Assembly: GCA_030141605.1 (NCBI GenBank)
Contig: JAQGDQ010000005.1
Coordinates: 930,180-994,179, forward strand
Direction of reading: 5' to 3'
Length of the DNA: 64,000 bases
Origin: Tubiluchus corallicola
Taxonomy: Eukaryota > Animalia > Priapulida
The translations under genes and the position numbers were made by a program. Positions 26,601 to 37,979 of this stretch are shown here, one piece after another (the stretch's first letter is position 1; every line of letters starts with the position of its first letter). Below the pieces are notes generated by a model, which searched no databases, had not been told where the DNA came from, and saw only the letters and a list, made by a program, of their open reading frames with translations.

Positions 26601-29600
26601 TATAACAGCTTGATGAAAGAACAATCCAAGCTACCTGGTCGATGTGTATACATTAGCGTACTACGTGCTACAGCAGACACAGCCGTACTAAAAAGATTTT
26701 TGCAACTGGGTGGTTGGGGCATTCTCCACCAGTGGTTTGATGACTTCAGGAAGCAAGACAATATGCCATTCTTAAAGGAAGTTTTGAAGCTGTTCAAGAA
26801 TTTGCCACTTTCTGTTGATTTGCTGAAGCAAAATCCCACACCTAAAATGGTTAATAAACTAAGCAGAGTGGAAGATGATGGCAAGTACTTCGTACAGAGT
26901 TACACTTAAGTTTTGTTTGTTTGTACATGTGGCGCCATGGATTTTTAAAAGTTTAATGTATTAAGGACATTGTTCTTTAGCATTTTACCTGCTGCTAGGG
27001 GCTGATTGTGTTATAAGTTGTAATATTTTGTTAACAATATCCAAACGAAATAATTCTTTGTATTATGCACTACAATTTCTCTACTTTTTATGCACACTGT
27101 TTTTATAATTTTAGAAGGATGTAATTGTATTAATGCAATTGCGGTTATGATTCGTTTTGATATGATATTATGAATCACCTGCATGATAAGGATCATGAGG
27201 TAGTAATTATAGTGTTTGCATAGCCTTATGTGCTCTCCCATCCACACTTATTTTAATCATTGTTACATGTATTATGAATAAATAAGGATAGACTGTACAA
27301 GTCACAAAATAATAAAAATACAAAATCACTTGAACTGGGTTGTTGAATTGAAGCTTTCCGTTTGAAATTGCTTAGTTTTCGTTTTTAGTATATAGTCTTT
27401 TTATTTTATTTGTGTGTGATTCTTATATGTGTTCTCAATTATACATTTATACAATTATACAGTTATATTTGTATTACAGTCTTTGCTGAACTTACTATAG
27501 AACCTATTATGTGTTATTATAGAACTGAAGAAGTTAGCAACTGCGGTAGTCCAAGCGTGGATGGTGATAGTAAAAGAATCCGGCAATTCTACTACTGGTA
27601 ATTCAGAAATTCATTATGATTGCTTGTAATTCTTGTAAGGGAACATTGTCTTTTCTGTCTTTTTTCTGTTTTATCTTATAAATGATTTTTAATTGCAGAA
27701 AATTCGTCTACAAAATCTAAAAAGTTGAAATCTAAGAGAGAAGATTCAAATGACAAAAAATCAAGGAAAGAGGATGATAAGCATCGTGGGCAGACTATAA
27801 ACAACATAATGCACAACAAAAAGCATAAACAAAGTGAGAAAACTAAAGCTAATATTCACGAAAAAAACAGTTTAGTGAAAAGCCACAAAAGTGAGGCTAA
27901 AAATCTCAAAAGTGATAAAGAGAAGGCACGTCTGAATCGTGATAAAAAACAAAGTACTGGAAAGTCAAAAATGCAACTGAATCACAATACGGAGTTGGCG
28001 GATGTTAAACCTCAGGCAACACCTGCAAGCAATGAACAGAAGCCTAAAGTCCGACCAAAAACTGTAAAAACATTCCATGCAAAGTTTCGCTCAACAGGTA
28101 AGGTATTTTTGAGACAGTTAGAATTTATACCTGACATGGTTTAATACAGACATATCATAACTGCAACTTATTTTTTCCACATTTAGCTGATCATGTGTCG
28201 TTCGCAAGCTTTTATCCATGTTTTGCTTGTTTCCAGTGTTTGTGCCGTGAAAATGGAATAAATTGGATTGTTCAATTCCATAGATGATCTTTATATTGAC
28301 TGTTTGAGTTACATGTACCCCACAGGCATCTTTCAACCATAATTACAACCAGAAAAATAGTGTAAAATTAACTATTTCGGGATACTAATATTACTTTGGC
28401 ATACATTATAAATTTTGACCACACTTGAATTAAGAAGAGGCCCCTGAGATCTTACTGAGGTTTATAAAGTACCAACCATGAAAGAAAACATTTTGTATGA
28501 AAATTTTGCCTGATTTGGCAGTCATCAGAGCTTGAATGAACATGAATGACATTCTGCTTGACTTCAGGTAATCAGTGAGAAATGTGTTACTCCTAACTGC
28601 AAAAGAAACAGATGTGTATTTTATCATATAAATTCTATTTCTGTAATAATCAAATAAACCAATTTAAATTTTTTTGATTCAAATTGTAAGCATGTTACAT
28701 GTGATTTGCGAGCACATTAACTAACTAGTTTAAAAATTCTGTTAGGTGCATAATGCTATAAAACTTTCTTGATAAAAACAGTATTACTTTTTTATTGTTA
28801 TAAAAACAAGCTTTACATGTAGTGCCAATTTTTGGGTTTTTGGTGATGTAAGCTTATAAGCATATTTATTTCACCACGAACAAGCCGGTCTGGTTCTTGT
28901 TCTCATTATTGTGCATGCAATAAGTTATCTGCCAGTTTTTACAAAGCAACTTTGTATTCTATTTTTTTTTTGTAATAAAACAGATCAATGACAACGCTGA
29001 TTGACATTCTAAATGAGATATTCATGAAATAGATTCCATGATAACCAATGGAAGATGTTTAAACGACATACCTGACAGATGGGTAGAAAAAAATTGATAC
29101 TAGTAAATCAACGCTTTGATTTCGGAATAGTTTCTTTTTCGTTTTTGTTGACCTTGTTTTTATAGCTGGTTGCACGATGTAGATCAAAAGCTGCCGTCCT
29201 TTTATACTAAGTTATTGCTGCATTTTTTAATTTTTCCTTAACTTTTGCAGGTCTTGAAGAGGGTGATGACACAGTGGCAGTAAAGCCCTCGAAAAAGCTG
29301 GAGCTGCGGAAAAGGCGGAGGTACACTGTTTGCGTATATTAGATTTACCTAGTTTAAAAACTACCTATTAAGTGTTTAAACTTCATGTGATAGAACAGTG
29401 TTTTAACGGTTATTTTTGTACTTGCTTGCTGGGTGAATAGTCTGAAGTCGCTTGTTTTTTTGGTTACTAAAATCCTTGTAGAAATTTAAATACTGTGTTT
29501 GACAAGCTCTTAATAGGCTGCAATGTGGTGCGATAGGGATAAGCTTGCTAAACTTGCTTAAGAAATTTAACATGACTAATGGGTAGTCAGTCTGCTTACT

Positions 29601-32600
29601 AAATAAATTTAGATGCATTGTAATTTTAGTTGTTAAGTTTGGCAGCTGTCTATTCTTGCCCTTGCGGCAAGTCTGCAGAATATTCTTTCTGTGAGAAATA
29701 ACTGTAGATTGTATTTAATGTAATGACTTTATCAAAAACACTCGTTTTACATGTTTTTAGTGATGAAAGTGATCTATCATTTCTGTTTGCACAATCTGAG
29801 AAGAAGATCAAACCTGCCAATCTCATTTTACCCTACGAACCAGTCAAATCTTCAACTGATGATAGCAGTCCGGTGCTAAAAGGTAGCCCTAAAAGCAAAC
29901 CTGCCCCATCAAAACTAACTAAACGTAAGTTGTAAAATGCTGTTTAAGATTAATACTGACATTTGCTTTGTAATAAGCACTCTTGTATACAGTAATTGGG
30001 TAGTGGTATTAGTGTTAGGTTTTGTATATTCACTGACCTTACATTAAAGGTGTCAAAACTGAACATTTTATAAATGCCTTCTTGATTGTAAAGAATTTTA
30101 TTAATATTCATTTAAGTTATTCATCTGTTCAGTAATATAGCTTTTTAAGTTGTTGGCAAAAAGATTAATGTGCAATTTTTTTAATAGCTGCAACTCATTT
30201 GAAGGAAAGTTCGGGTTTTATGGATGCATTAGAAACACAAACAGCTGCTCCAATACGAAGAAAGCGCAAGCCTTCTACAACTGTCAATGGAGAAAAGACG
30301 AAAAATGCAAGTAGTTCCAACTCTTCTCCAACAGCAGCACCAAAAGTGCCTTCAGTAAGTGTCTGCCTGAAGATATGCTACGCATTTCTCACTGATTGCC
30401 CTTTAATTTTTGATGTCTGTACTTCAAACTTTTAATAATAACTTTTTGAAGTTTGAAAACATGAAATAACGTACTAAGTATATACATTTTTTCCTCATTT
30501 TGTAGCTTTATCAAATAGGGAAAAAAATTAAGTTTTATTTTACTGACATTTATAGATTAAATCATTATTGAAATTTTGAACTTCATTTGGCTACTTAACG
30601 AACTGCTTTAATTAAGTAGTTTCCCTTCCTGTCAGTACTTTATATAATAATTTTTAGTACGAGTACCGTATTTTCCCATGTATAAGAGGCCCTTGTGTAT
30701 AAGAGACCCCTTCAATTTTTAGGCAAAAATTCTGGAAAAAAGTTTTTTGGTAATGAATAACTTTATTCATCATAGAAATCATTAAATTCCTCATCACTCT
30801 CATCAAAAATATCAACTGGAGTCAGACCTTCAGCAATTCCAGCCAGTTCATCATCAGAGGAGTCACTCTGCTCAAAAATGGCATTGTCCTCTGTGCCGTC
30901 CATGGCATTGGAGATGCCACACTTCTTGAAAGATTTAATAACTCTGGCTTTACACCATTCCATGCCTTGAGGACCCTTTAAAATCATTAGTGTCACAATT
31001 TATGCATCTTATTGAAAAGACTTACTCCCATGTATAAGAGACCCCCTATTTTTAAAGTGAAAATTGTGAGCAAAAAAGGGTCTCTTATACATGGGAAAAT
31101 ACGGTATTTACATCTATGTAAACTGTGTTTTATAGTCTGTTATAACTTATTTCAGTTTTACAAAGACCGGTTACAAGATGAACCAGAATCAAAGAAAACA
31201 AAACCAGGGAATGGAGAGAATGCAGAAGGAAATGCCAGTGATTTCTTGACTGCAAATGGTACATTAGTGTGAGAGACCGTGAGCATGACTTGAAGGGGAT
31301 TATAAGAGAGTGTATTTTATTAGAAAATTTGTTTCTTTTCAGATAAGCAACATGTTATGCATGCAAAATTATTATTCAGTTTGGACGTCATTGAAAAAAT
31401 GAGGCTACTTATAATAATCATTTTCAGAGTCAACTCAAGGTACAAGCAATACCTAGGGCGGAAAATTTGTTGAGGAAAATTTGTTGATCAGGGAAAATGT
31501 GATTTAATTCATTTGTCAGAATTTCTAAGCAGAATCAAAATGCTTTAAGACTTGCAAAATACTGCTGTTAAATCAAATAAAAGCAATTTTGTTCTTTGAC
31601 TGATTTCAATTTCTTAGTATTCGAATTTACATACTCTAATACTCGCTTCATACATGGCACATCTCTGCTCATTACATCTGATTTTAACAAAATCAAATCG
31701 TCTGTAGTATAAACAATAACTTACAGCTACTGCAATTGAAAGTGAATTGGCTAACAAAATATTTACATTAAGTAGACAGTACAAAAATTTATGATGAGTA
31801 AAGTTTGGAAAGCTGCCTTTTAAATTTTTAATGTTGTATGTGACAAGCCATGGGAGCTTATTTCCTAAAATAAAATTATGACACTGTGCTATGGTGTACT
31901 TTCATCATGATATTGTGCCACTGTCCTACCAAAAGATGTCAGATCAGGCTTAGATTCTCTATTTTCCTTATAGCGTTATTTTCAAATGTTAGGAAAAAAT
32001 GTTAAATTGGATCAATGACTACAGGTAATTACTAATTTATTACTTTGTTGTTTGCATGTGGTGTGCAGTTTTTCAAGTAAAAACTGTTTTATTCTTACTG
32101 TTCATCTACTTGCTCTAGTAGATTTTCTTGTATTATGTTCTAGGACAAACCGGTGCAGTTGACGAAAATGGAGGTCCAGTTTCGGCACTTACTGAAATTG
32201 GTAAGAAGAATAAAAACAAGAAGTGTGTTTCTTGGGCAGATGAATCTGTCCTTCGTACTGTACACTATTTTGAGATGGACGACAATGAAAGAGGTAACTG
32301 ACTCAGCAGCTTCTTTTTTTAATACTGGCAATAATGAATGTACCAAAAAACTGATAGCTTAATAATTATAGTGCAAAACCTGTTGAGAAAAGAAACATTT
32401 GTATTACTTAACTATTTTGAGTTATGCATGTTTCATTGAATGTAACAAAATGTAAACCTTCATATCTAGATTGTTGTATTATTATTTGTACACTACAGCT
32501 GCTACTTATGTTCTGTAGAAAATTGGCTAATAAGACAAATTATTCAAAAATTTTGATGTAGTTGCAATAGACTGATGTAATTCACATGTAAATGCGAGTT

Positions 32601-35600
32601 ACATTTTTGCAGTGAATGTGAACAAGTTTGGCACGTTTACTGACTTGAAGACTCTCGAAATGAAACGAGAAAGGCAAGCTATGATGACAGCTAGGCGACT
32701 CATGGACGACAAAATGACTGAACACATAACTGTAAGTGATCTTTATTCATTCACATTTATCCCCCAAAGCAAAACATCCATGACTAAACCACTTGGAAAT
32801 GTGTATAATTATTTTCTTGACAGCAAATGAGGTGCTGTTTTCTTTCGGATAATTATAAACTTTAAGATAATTTAACAACGTTTTATGTTTGGGTAGCACC
32901 TGTAGGGTAATGTACACTAGGGTTGAACAGAATAATTTGAATCAAACTTGTCAAATAAATTTCAATCAGCAGTCTTGCTAAGGTCACACGTATTGCTTGA
33001 TTTTGTAAACATTGTAATGATAAAGAACGAATGTAATTGAAGTATAGAATTATTTGAATCCATAGTTTCAAACGTTCGATGCTCGCCTCTAGTGCAGTAT
33101 CTACACTTTTTAACTTTTATACACTGAAATTATTCACTTGCACTTATGTGTGTCCTGTAGTTCTGTTAGATCAAGTTTAATTAGTGCAGACCTGGTTTGT
33201 TTTTATGCACGGTAGGAGAATGATAAAGTTATAAATTTGAAATTTTCGAAAACTCTGTAGAAAGTCTGACACATTTTCACAGTAATTCTGTCAATGGTTA
33301 GTGATTGTTTAAAGAGAACATATTTTGTAATGGTTTTTCATTTGTATACTTTTATGTATTGTACTTTTGCATAACATTAAGCCTCATATTGGATAAACGG
33401 CAAAACCTTCTTAGATATAATGAAACTGACTTAGTTGCAAAATGACAATACTTTACTGTTAAATTCTTAGCGTATGACTGGCTGTGAGATAATTGCAGTT
33501 TTGTTCGTGGATAATCAAATTTTATACTTTTTTATTTGTTAATCAGTGGAGAACGCCTTCGGTTATTACCTCACTGCCGCCACCTTTAGTAGAACCAGGT
33601 TGTAACAGCGTAGAGCGAACAGTTCAACAACAACGAGAAAGTAAAGTACTAGCTACTCTTTTCTTCAACAAAGACAATGTACCTGACACTCCCACTGAAC
33701 CAGACTTAGAACGCATGGATCTTGTGGACCCTATTATTGTTCCTCTGGATGATGTAAGTACTCATACTATTGTCACTGGCTTGAATGAGTACTGCTTGTT
33801 TTGTGCCACTAAGACACAATTTATTACAAAAATAGTTTGAATTTTTGAAATTTCTTTTTTGTTTATGCACAGAATTATTTTCTCTATGAAAGAGGTGTAA
33901 TGCATGGCATTAATTGAAGTCAAGGCATTGACTGGTTTACCCTCTCATTACTTTCTTTCTTTAACTTATTACTTGTTAGGTTTGTTAGATTTATTAATTT
34001 TATTTTAGTGAATTCACATAAAGTTGCTTCATCTAGTTCATTATTAGCGTAATAAAATCTTTTGAAAGGAAATGCTGTTCATTTTTTTCAGTCACTCGAG
34101 ACAGCAACTGGAAAGACAGAAGAACAAACAAAAGATGACAAAGTGCAATCAGTGAAGGATACGGATGTAAACGAAGGCCTCCCTCCAGCCATTACTCAAC
34201 TGCTTGCTAATATGCAAAGTGGTCTGCCACCGGCAATACAAGATAACCCAGAAGCAGGAAAAAAGCCATTAAAACCATCAGAGGCCACAATGGCAGCTGT
34301 GCAGCAACTACTGGGTTCTATTAAGGTAACAGCTACAATTTTGCATCATTTTCATCATTACTCATTTTTTATAGAAGAGTTCTGGTGTCATGGCATTAAG
34401 CAGCTTTAATTATGAGTCCATAAGACAGCTGTGTTTTGAGCTATTTTCTCGAATCCTTACAATTCATACACTAAAGAATCATTTTGAGGAAACAGTGATT
34501 GATCTTGTTAGTGGGATAAGTCTGCCTAGTTTATATAAGCTTATTAACAACTGGAAGTTGGTTTTTGTGTGTAATACCATTTTTTTCCATTATCTAGGTT
34601 TTATTCAGTTTTTCACAGTATTTTTTTAATATTCACTTTGAGACGAGGGAATAGCTGATTGGTCACAGTGTGTGCTTAATGTCAAAGTTAGGCAATGCTA
34701 GTCTGGTGCGTAAATGGATGTGTGTCTACCTGGAAAGCTGCCTTTTATCTAGGTGGTTTTATCTAGTAAATACAGATTATACTGCTTCCAGCTATTTTTC
34801 TCTTTGATAATAGATGTGTATACAAATGGATAAAAAACCTTTAAAAAAACTGTACATAAAATACCATTAATATTATGTTTACTTTGTTTCTTCAGCAAGG
34901 AGAAGGAGGAAATCAAGCACCTATTCCTCAAGCATTTGAAAATGAAAAAGAATTGCATTCTTATCTGGAGTCTGTTTTAGGTGCTGTTAAGTATAGTCAG
35001 CTGCAACAACAAGGCCTGTGTAAGTTAACCTTGTCTTCGTTATTTACCTTTTGTCGTAGTAACGTGATTATAAATAGACAGGAAATTTTTTGTGGTTATT
35101 TTTCAAATATGTTGCAATTATCAGTGAATTAAGTAACTGTCTGTGTATCCATTTCTTCCACTTCGGTAAGCTGATAGAATAAGTTATTTATCTAAATAAT
35201 TTTTCTAGATTTTATTACACCTGTAGGTTAACTAATATCATGTTTGAATTCTGTGTTTACTAATCACAGCCTATAGTATTTGTTAACAGTTAAAGCAGAC
35301 GTAGTTTGTGTGAGTAAATAAGTATTTTTATTGAGTTACTTGTTTGTGAAGTAACTCCATAAGCTATCTATTTCCTTGTGATGCTGCTCTCGTAATCGTT
35401 CTTTGTATGATAAGTTTTTAGGTAGTTTTTATGTTGTGATGTCACCCTATTCCCTATTCTAAATTTTGCAATAAAACTGATTCCATAGCAACGATAAATG
35501 ATGGTGTTCTAAATGATATATTCAGCAAGAAACTGATTCCAAGGCAATACTAAATGGCATTCTAATTGACATGACCAGGCAGTTGGGCAGAAAAACTTGG

Positions 35601-36257
35601 AAAAGCGAGCAACTCAATGCTTCACATTCCAAACTAGTTTTCAGTAACGTAGCACTGTTTACGCGTCTTAAAACTGTGTGGTTTAGCCGTTTTTAAAGCA
35701 GCATTTATTGGGATAATTGCTTATGCCTCTACTCTGTATTTTCTTTGTGGTAATATAAAGTTATATTGTCACTAATAATAATTATCTGCTAAATTTTTCT
35801 AGCTGACCAAGATATAATGGCAATAGCTTGTTATCAACAGCAACAGGCCGTGATAGGGTTCCAGCCTATGATGGATCCGAATCCTGGCTGGTTTGGACCA
35901 CCACCACCTGGGATGCCTCCTGGGCCATTTTTACCGGTTAGTCACATACATTTGTTAAACCGTTTTTAACAGAAATATTTGTGCTATTTGTGCTGAACAA
36001 AAATTGCTATCTTGTCTGTTTTCCTGTTAAAGAAAAAGACGTGTGTTTTAGCAATTGCAGCGTGGTCTCGACTCTTGATAAGTGCTTTAATTTTTTTTCA
36101 ATGTTGATGCTTTATTACTAACTTATGCTTTGCAATTCTGATCATTTATTTACAGATGCAACAAAACCGTTTCCCACCTCCAAGAGGCCCTGGTGGTTTT
36201 GTTCCTCGTCCAAGATTTGGTAAGTGTTTCATCGTAACGTGTGTATTGAATTTGCAC

Positions 36258-36297
<40 letters not shown>

Positions 36298-37979
36298 TTG
36301 TTTATATAAAAGTTTATATAGCTATATGATTTTAGTATTAGTAAGTAATTATTTTTGTTAACGCCTGTTGTAATAAATATGGTTTAAAAAATAGTAAAGT
36401 ATATACAAATTAAAATAAAACCTTAAGTTTTTTTCAACTTTTGAGTTTGTCTATGCCTGATCTAGCAATGTTAGTACCATTTTGACATATATGTGATAAT
36501 ATTTGTAAGAAATTTGTCTTTCTTTTGATGATTTCTTTACGAGGTTATATTTAAATAACACATTATTTTATGATTTCTTCGATGTGTTTTAATTAAAAGC
36601 ATGTTATTTTAAGAATAATGTACAACAGTTCTGCAATATATAACAGCATAAGTAAGTCCGTTTGGGCAATGTTATTTTTACTTCCTGCATGATGCATCAG
36701 AATGGCAAGCCACACTTTGTTCAGAAAATCATGTATTTGAAGCATCCATAACTTCTGATAATGTTGCAACAGGTTTACATATCAAGCTGTTAGTTGTTAC
36801 TGCTCTTTGTGGATACTTCGCGTATTATATACAGTAAACTACGTATAACTCGACCCATCACACTTGTTCCCTTTTGTTCAGAGTTTGAATTCTTTGTCTT
36901 GAACAGATCTCATAGAACAAGATTTTCCTTTTCATTTTTCTCTTTACCAAACATTGCGCAACTTGAATTATCCCATAACTCAAACTGAATCTCTGGTACA
37001 ACTTATAAGAATCTAACTGAAATCACCCTGCCTATCTCGAACAACCTCCCAAGCAAGAAATCATACGTGAAAGTGTGCACCACATTACGATTTTAACTGC
37101 TAGGCTCAGCAAAAATGCTAAAATTTCTTGTATTACATTAGCAGAACTCTGAACATAACATGGCTTAACGGACATGGTTTAATAATTAGATCGCAATAGT
37201 ATTATTGCCAAATTCTATTAGCCATGTTACTCAGACTACAATAGAAGTGGACCAGTCACTTTATTTTTGATTATCCATAAAAACTGTTGTTTGATATTTG
37301 ATTAAAAGCCCAGTTTGTCATTCTCACAGACAGCTGTGTATTCTCCGACACCAATTTTATTTTTGATTACATATAAAAACTATTGTTTGATATTTGGTTA
37401 AAGGCTCAGTTTGTCATTTTCACAGACTGCAGTGACTTAATCTTGTTTTCTTACGAACGTTGTCTAACTCCTGCCCTAGCATAACTCGAACAAACTTTTT
37501 CGGTCCCGAGGTGTTCGAGTTATATGTAGTTGACGGTATAGTAAAAAATTAAATACAGTGACGATGGCATTGTAAGTGTGCAAATTTAAGTCATTCAGTC
37601 AAATAATGACATTTTCAAGTGTTCATATAAATCTGTGTACAGATTCCTTCAGATGTCTATTAGTATTGGAACCTTTCCAATCGGCCTGGTTGACTTATCA
37701 GGCTTTCATATTTGTTTACATACACATTAGATGATACCTACAAATGCTTTCGAGTGTGAATCGCTTTTTGATTTAAAAGCACAATCATGCAAAACTCATG
37801 TGCAAAACCCAAAAAGCTCAAAAAGTTTTAGTTAATAAATAGTCAATTAATTACTATTTTACTCGTGTTTTGCTTTTTCAGTTCCACATGTTTTGTGTCG
37901 AAACTTCAAGCGCGGTCAGTGTCGCTACGGGAATTCGTGTCGATTTCTTCATCCAGGACTTAATGGCCCACCTTTGTGA
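17691..37979 (+). CDS. PPP1R10: Serine/threonine-protein phosphatase 1 regulatory subunit 10 (PNUTS), ~826 aa, 17 coding exons
   Basis: join(17691-17693,25830-25927,26609-26880,27523-27597,27699-28097,29251-29320,29761-29924,30188-30354,31156-31258,32144-32293,32613-32731,33547-33753,34092-34325,34896-35019,35803-35936,36156-36219,37882-37979) = 2481 nt with all phases compatible. Recognised PNUTS motifs: TND domain, [45 protein letters not shown] finger ending HPGLNGPPL*. Confidence 0.92.
20551..20648. repeat. Exact 49-bp tandem duplication of a hairpin-forming unit
   Basis: CAAATGTAAACAAGTTTTACTTGTTACATTTTTTTTATTATACCTGTTC occurs twice in tandem. Confidence 0.9.
23800..24250. repeat. Degenerate TGACCTTGACCTCTGAC-type tandem repeat (units ~70-105 bp)
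   Basis: Unit heads at about 23905, 23976, 24081 and 24179, the first three each followed by TTCTA(G/A)A..(T)AGCA. Resembles the TGACCT-rich interspersed repeats common in marine invertebrates (inference). Confidence 0.55.
25830..25927 (+). CDS. PPP1R10: PNUTS exon ([32 protein letters not shown])
   Basis: TTTTAG|G ... AG|GTATAA; similar to the PNUTS N-terminus. Confidence 0.88.
26609..26880 (+). CDS. PPP1R10: PNUTS exon, TFIIS N-terminal (TND) domain
   Basis: [19 protein letters not shown]...[13 protein letters not shown]...[11 protein letters not shown]; ends at a GC donor G|GCAAGT. Confidence 0.92.
27523..27597 (+). CDS. PPP1R10: PNUTS exon ([25 protein letters not shown])
   Basis: TATAG|AA ... 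G|GTAATT; matches the last TND helix (human ELRKLASVLVSDWMAVIR). Confidence 0.9.
27699..28097 (+). CDS. PPP1R10: PNUTS exon, Lys-rich region ending KFRST
   Basis: TTGCAG| ... AG|GTAAGG; phase 1-1; HAKFRSTG motif. Confidence 0.9.
29251..29320 (+). CDS. PPP1R10: PNUTS exon ([23 protein letters not shown])
   Basis: TTTTGCAG| ... AG|GTACAC; completes KFRSTGLE. Confidence 0.85.
29761..29924 (+). CDS. PPP1R10: PNUTS exon
   Basis: TTTTTAG| ... C|GTAAGT; phase 2-1 compatible. Confidence 0.82.
30188..30354 (+). CDS. PPP1R10: PNUTS exon (ESSGFMDAL...IRRKRK)
   Basis: AATAG| ... TCA|GTAAGT; resembles human ESLGFLDAL. Confidence 0.88.
30666..31104 (-). mobile_element. Internally deleted pogo-family DNA transposon (439 bp) retaining the transposase C-terminus
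   Basis: Perfect 23-bp TIRs CCGTATTTTCCCATGTATAAGAG; TA at 30664-65 and 31105-06. Minus-strand ORF 30763-30996 encodes [19 protein letters not shown] plus an acidic tail, typical of POGK/pogo-type DDE transposase C-termini. Confidence 0.9.
31156..31258 (+). CDS. PPP1R10: PNUTS exon ([11 protein letters not shown]...)
   Basis: TTTCAG| ... G|GTACAT; phase 0-1. Confidence 0.85.
32144..32293 (+). CDS. PPP1R10: PNUTS exon with the PP1-binding RVxF-type motif (KKCVSW)
   Basis: [50 protein letters not shown]; this frame is not shown in the ORF track. Confidence 0.92.
32613..32731 (+). CDS. PPP1R10: PNUTS exon (VNVNKF...[15 protein letters not shown])
   Basis: TTGCAG| ... |GTAAGT; conserved VNVNK and TARRL. 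Confidence 0.92.
33547..33753 (+). CDS. PPP1R10: PNUTS exon (WRTP...PDTPTEPD...VPLDD)
   Basis: AATCAG| ... |GTAAGT; conserved block (human PGSNSQER...VPDSPHEPD...IPLDE). Confidence 0.92.
34092..34325 (+). CDS. PPP1R10: PNUTS exon ([12 protein letters not shown]...)
   Basis: TTTTTCAG| ... AAG|GTAACA; phase 0-0. Confidence 0.87.
34896..35019 (+). CDS. PPP1R10: PNUTS exon
   Basis: TTCTTCAG| ... T|GTAAGT; phase 0-1. Confidence 0.82.
35803..35936 (+). CDS. PPP1R10: PNUTS exon, Pro/Gly/Met-rich
   Basis: TTTTCTAG| ... CCG|GTTAGT; encodes ...[17 protein letters not shown]. Confidence 0.85.
36156..36219 (+). CDS. PPP1R10: PNUTS exon ([21 protein letters not shown])
   Basis: TTTACAG| ... G|GTAAGT. 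Confidence 0.85.
36258..36296. repeat. (TAT)n microsatellite, ~13 units
   Basis: Perfect tattattatt... run. Confidence 0.9.
36832..37536. mobile_element. Tigger/pogo-like MITE, ~705 bp
   Basis: ~22-bp TIRs CAGTAAACTACGTATAACTCGA / CCGTCAACTACATATAACTCGA (3 mismatches); TA at 36830-31 and 37537-38; subterminal (T)CTCGAAC motifs; internal ~75-bp direct repeat (~37260-37335 and ~37356-37430). Confidence 0.8.
37882..37979 (+). CDS. PPP1R10: PNUTS last coding exon, CCCH zinc finger and stop
   Basis: [32 protein letters not shown] (C-x7-C-x5-C-x3-H); TGA at 37977-37979. Confidence 0.93.
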
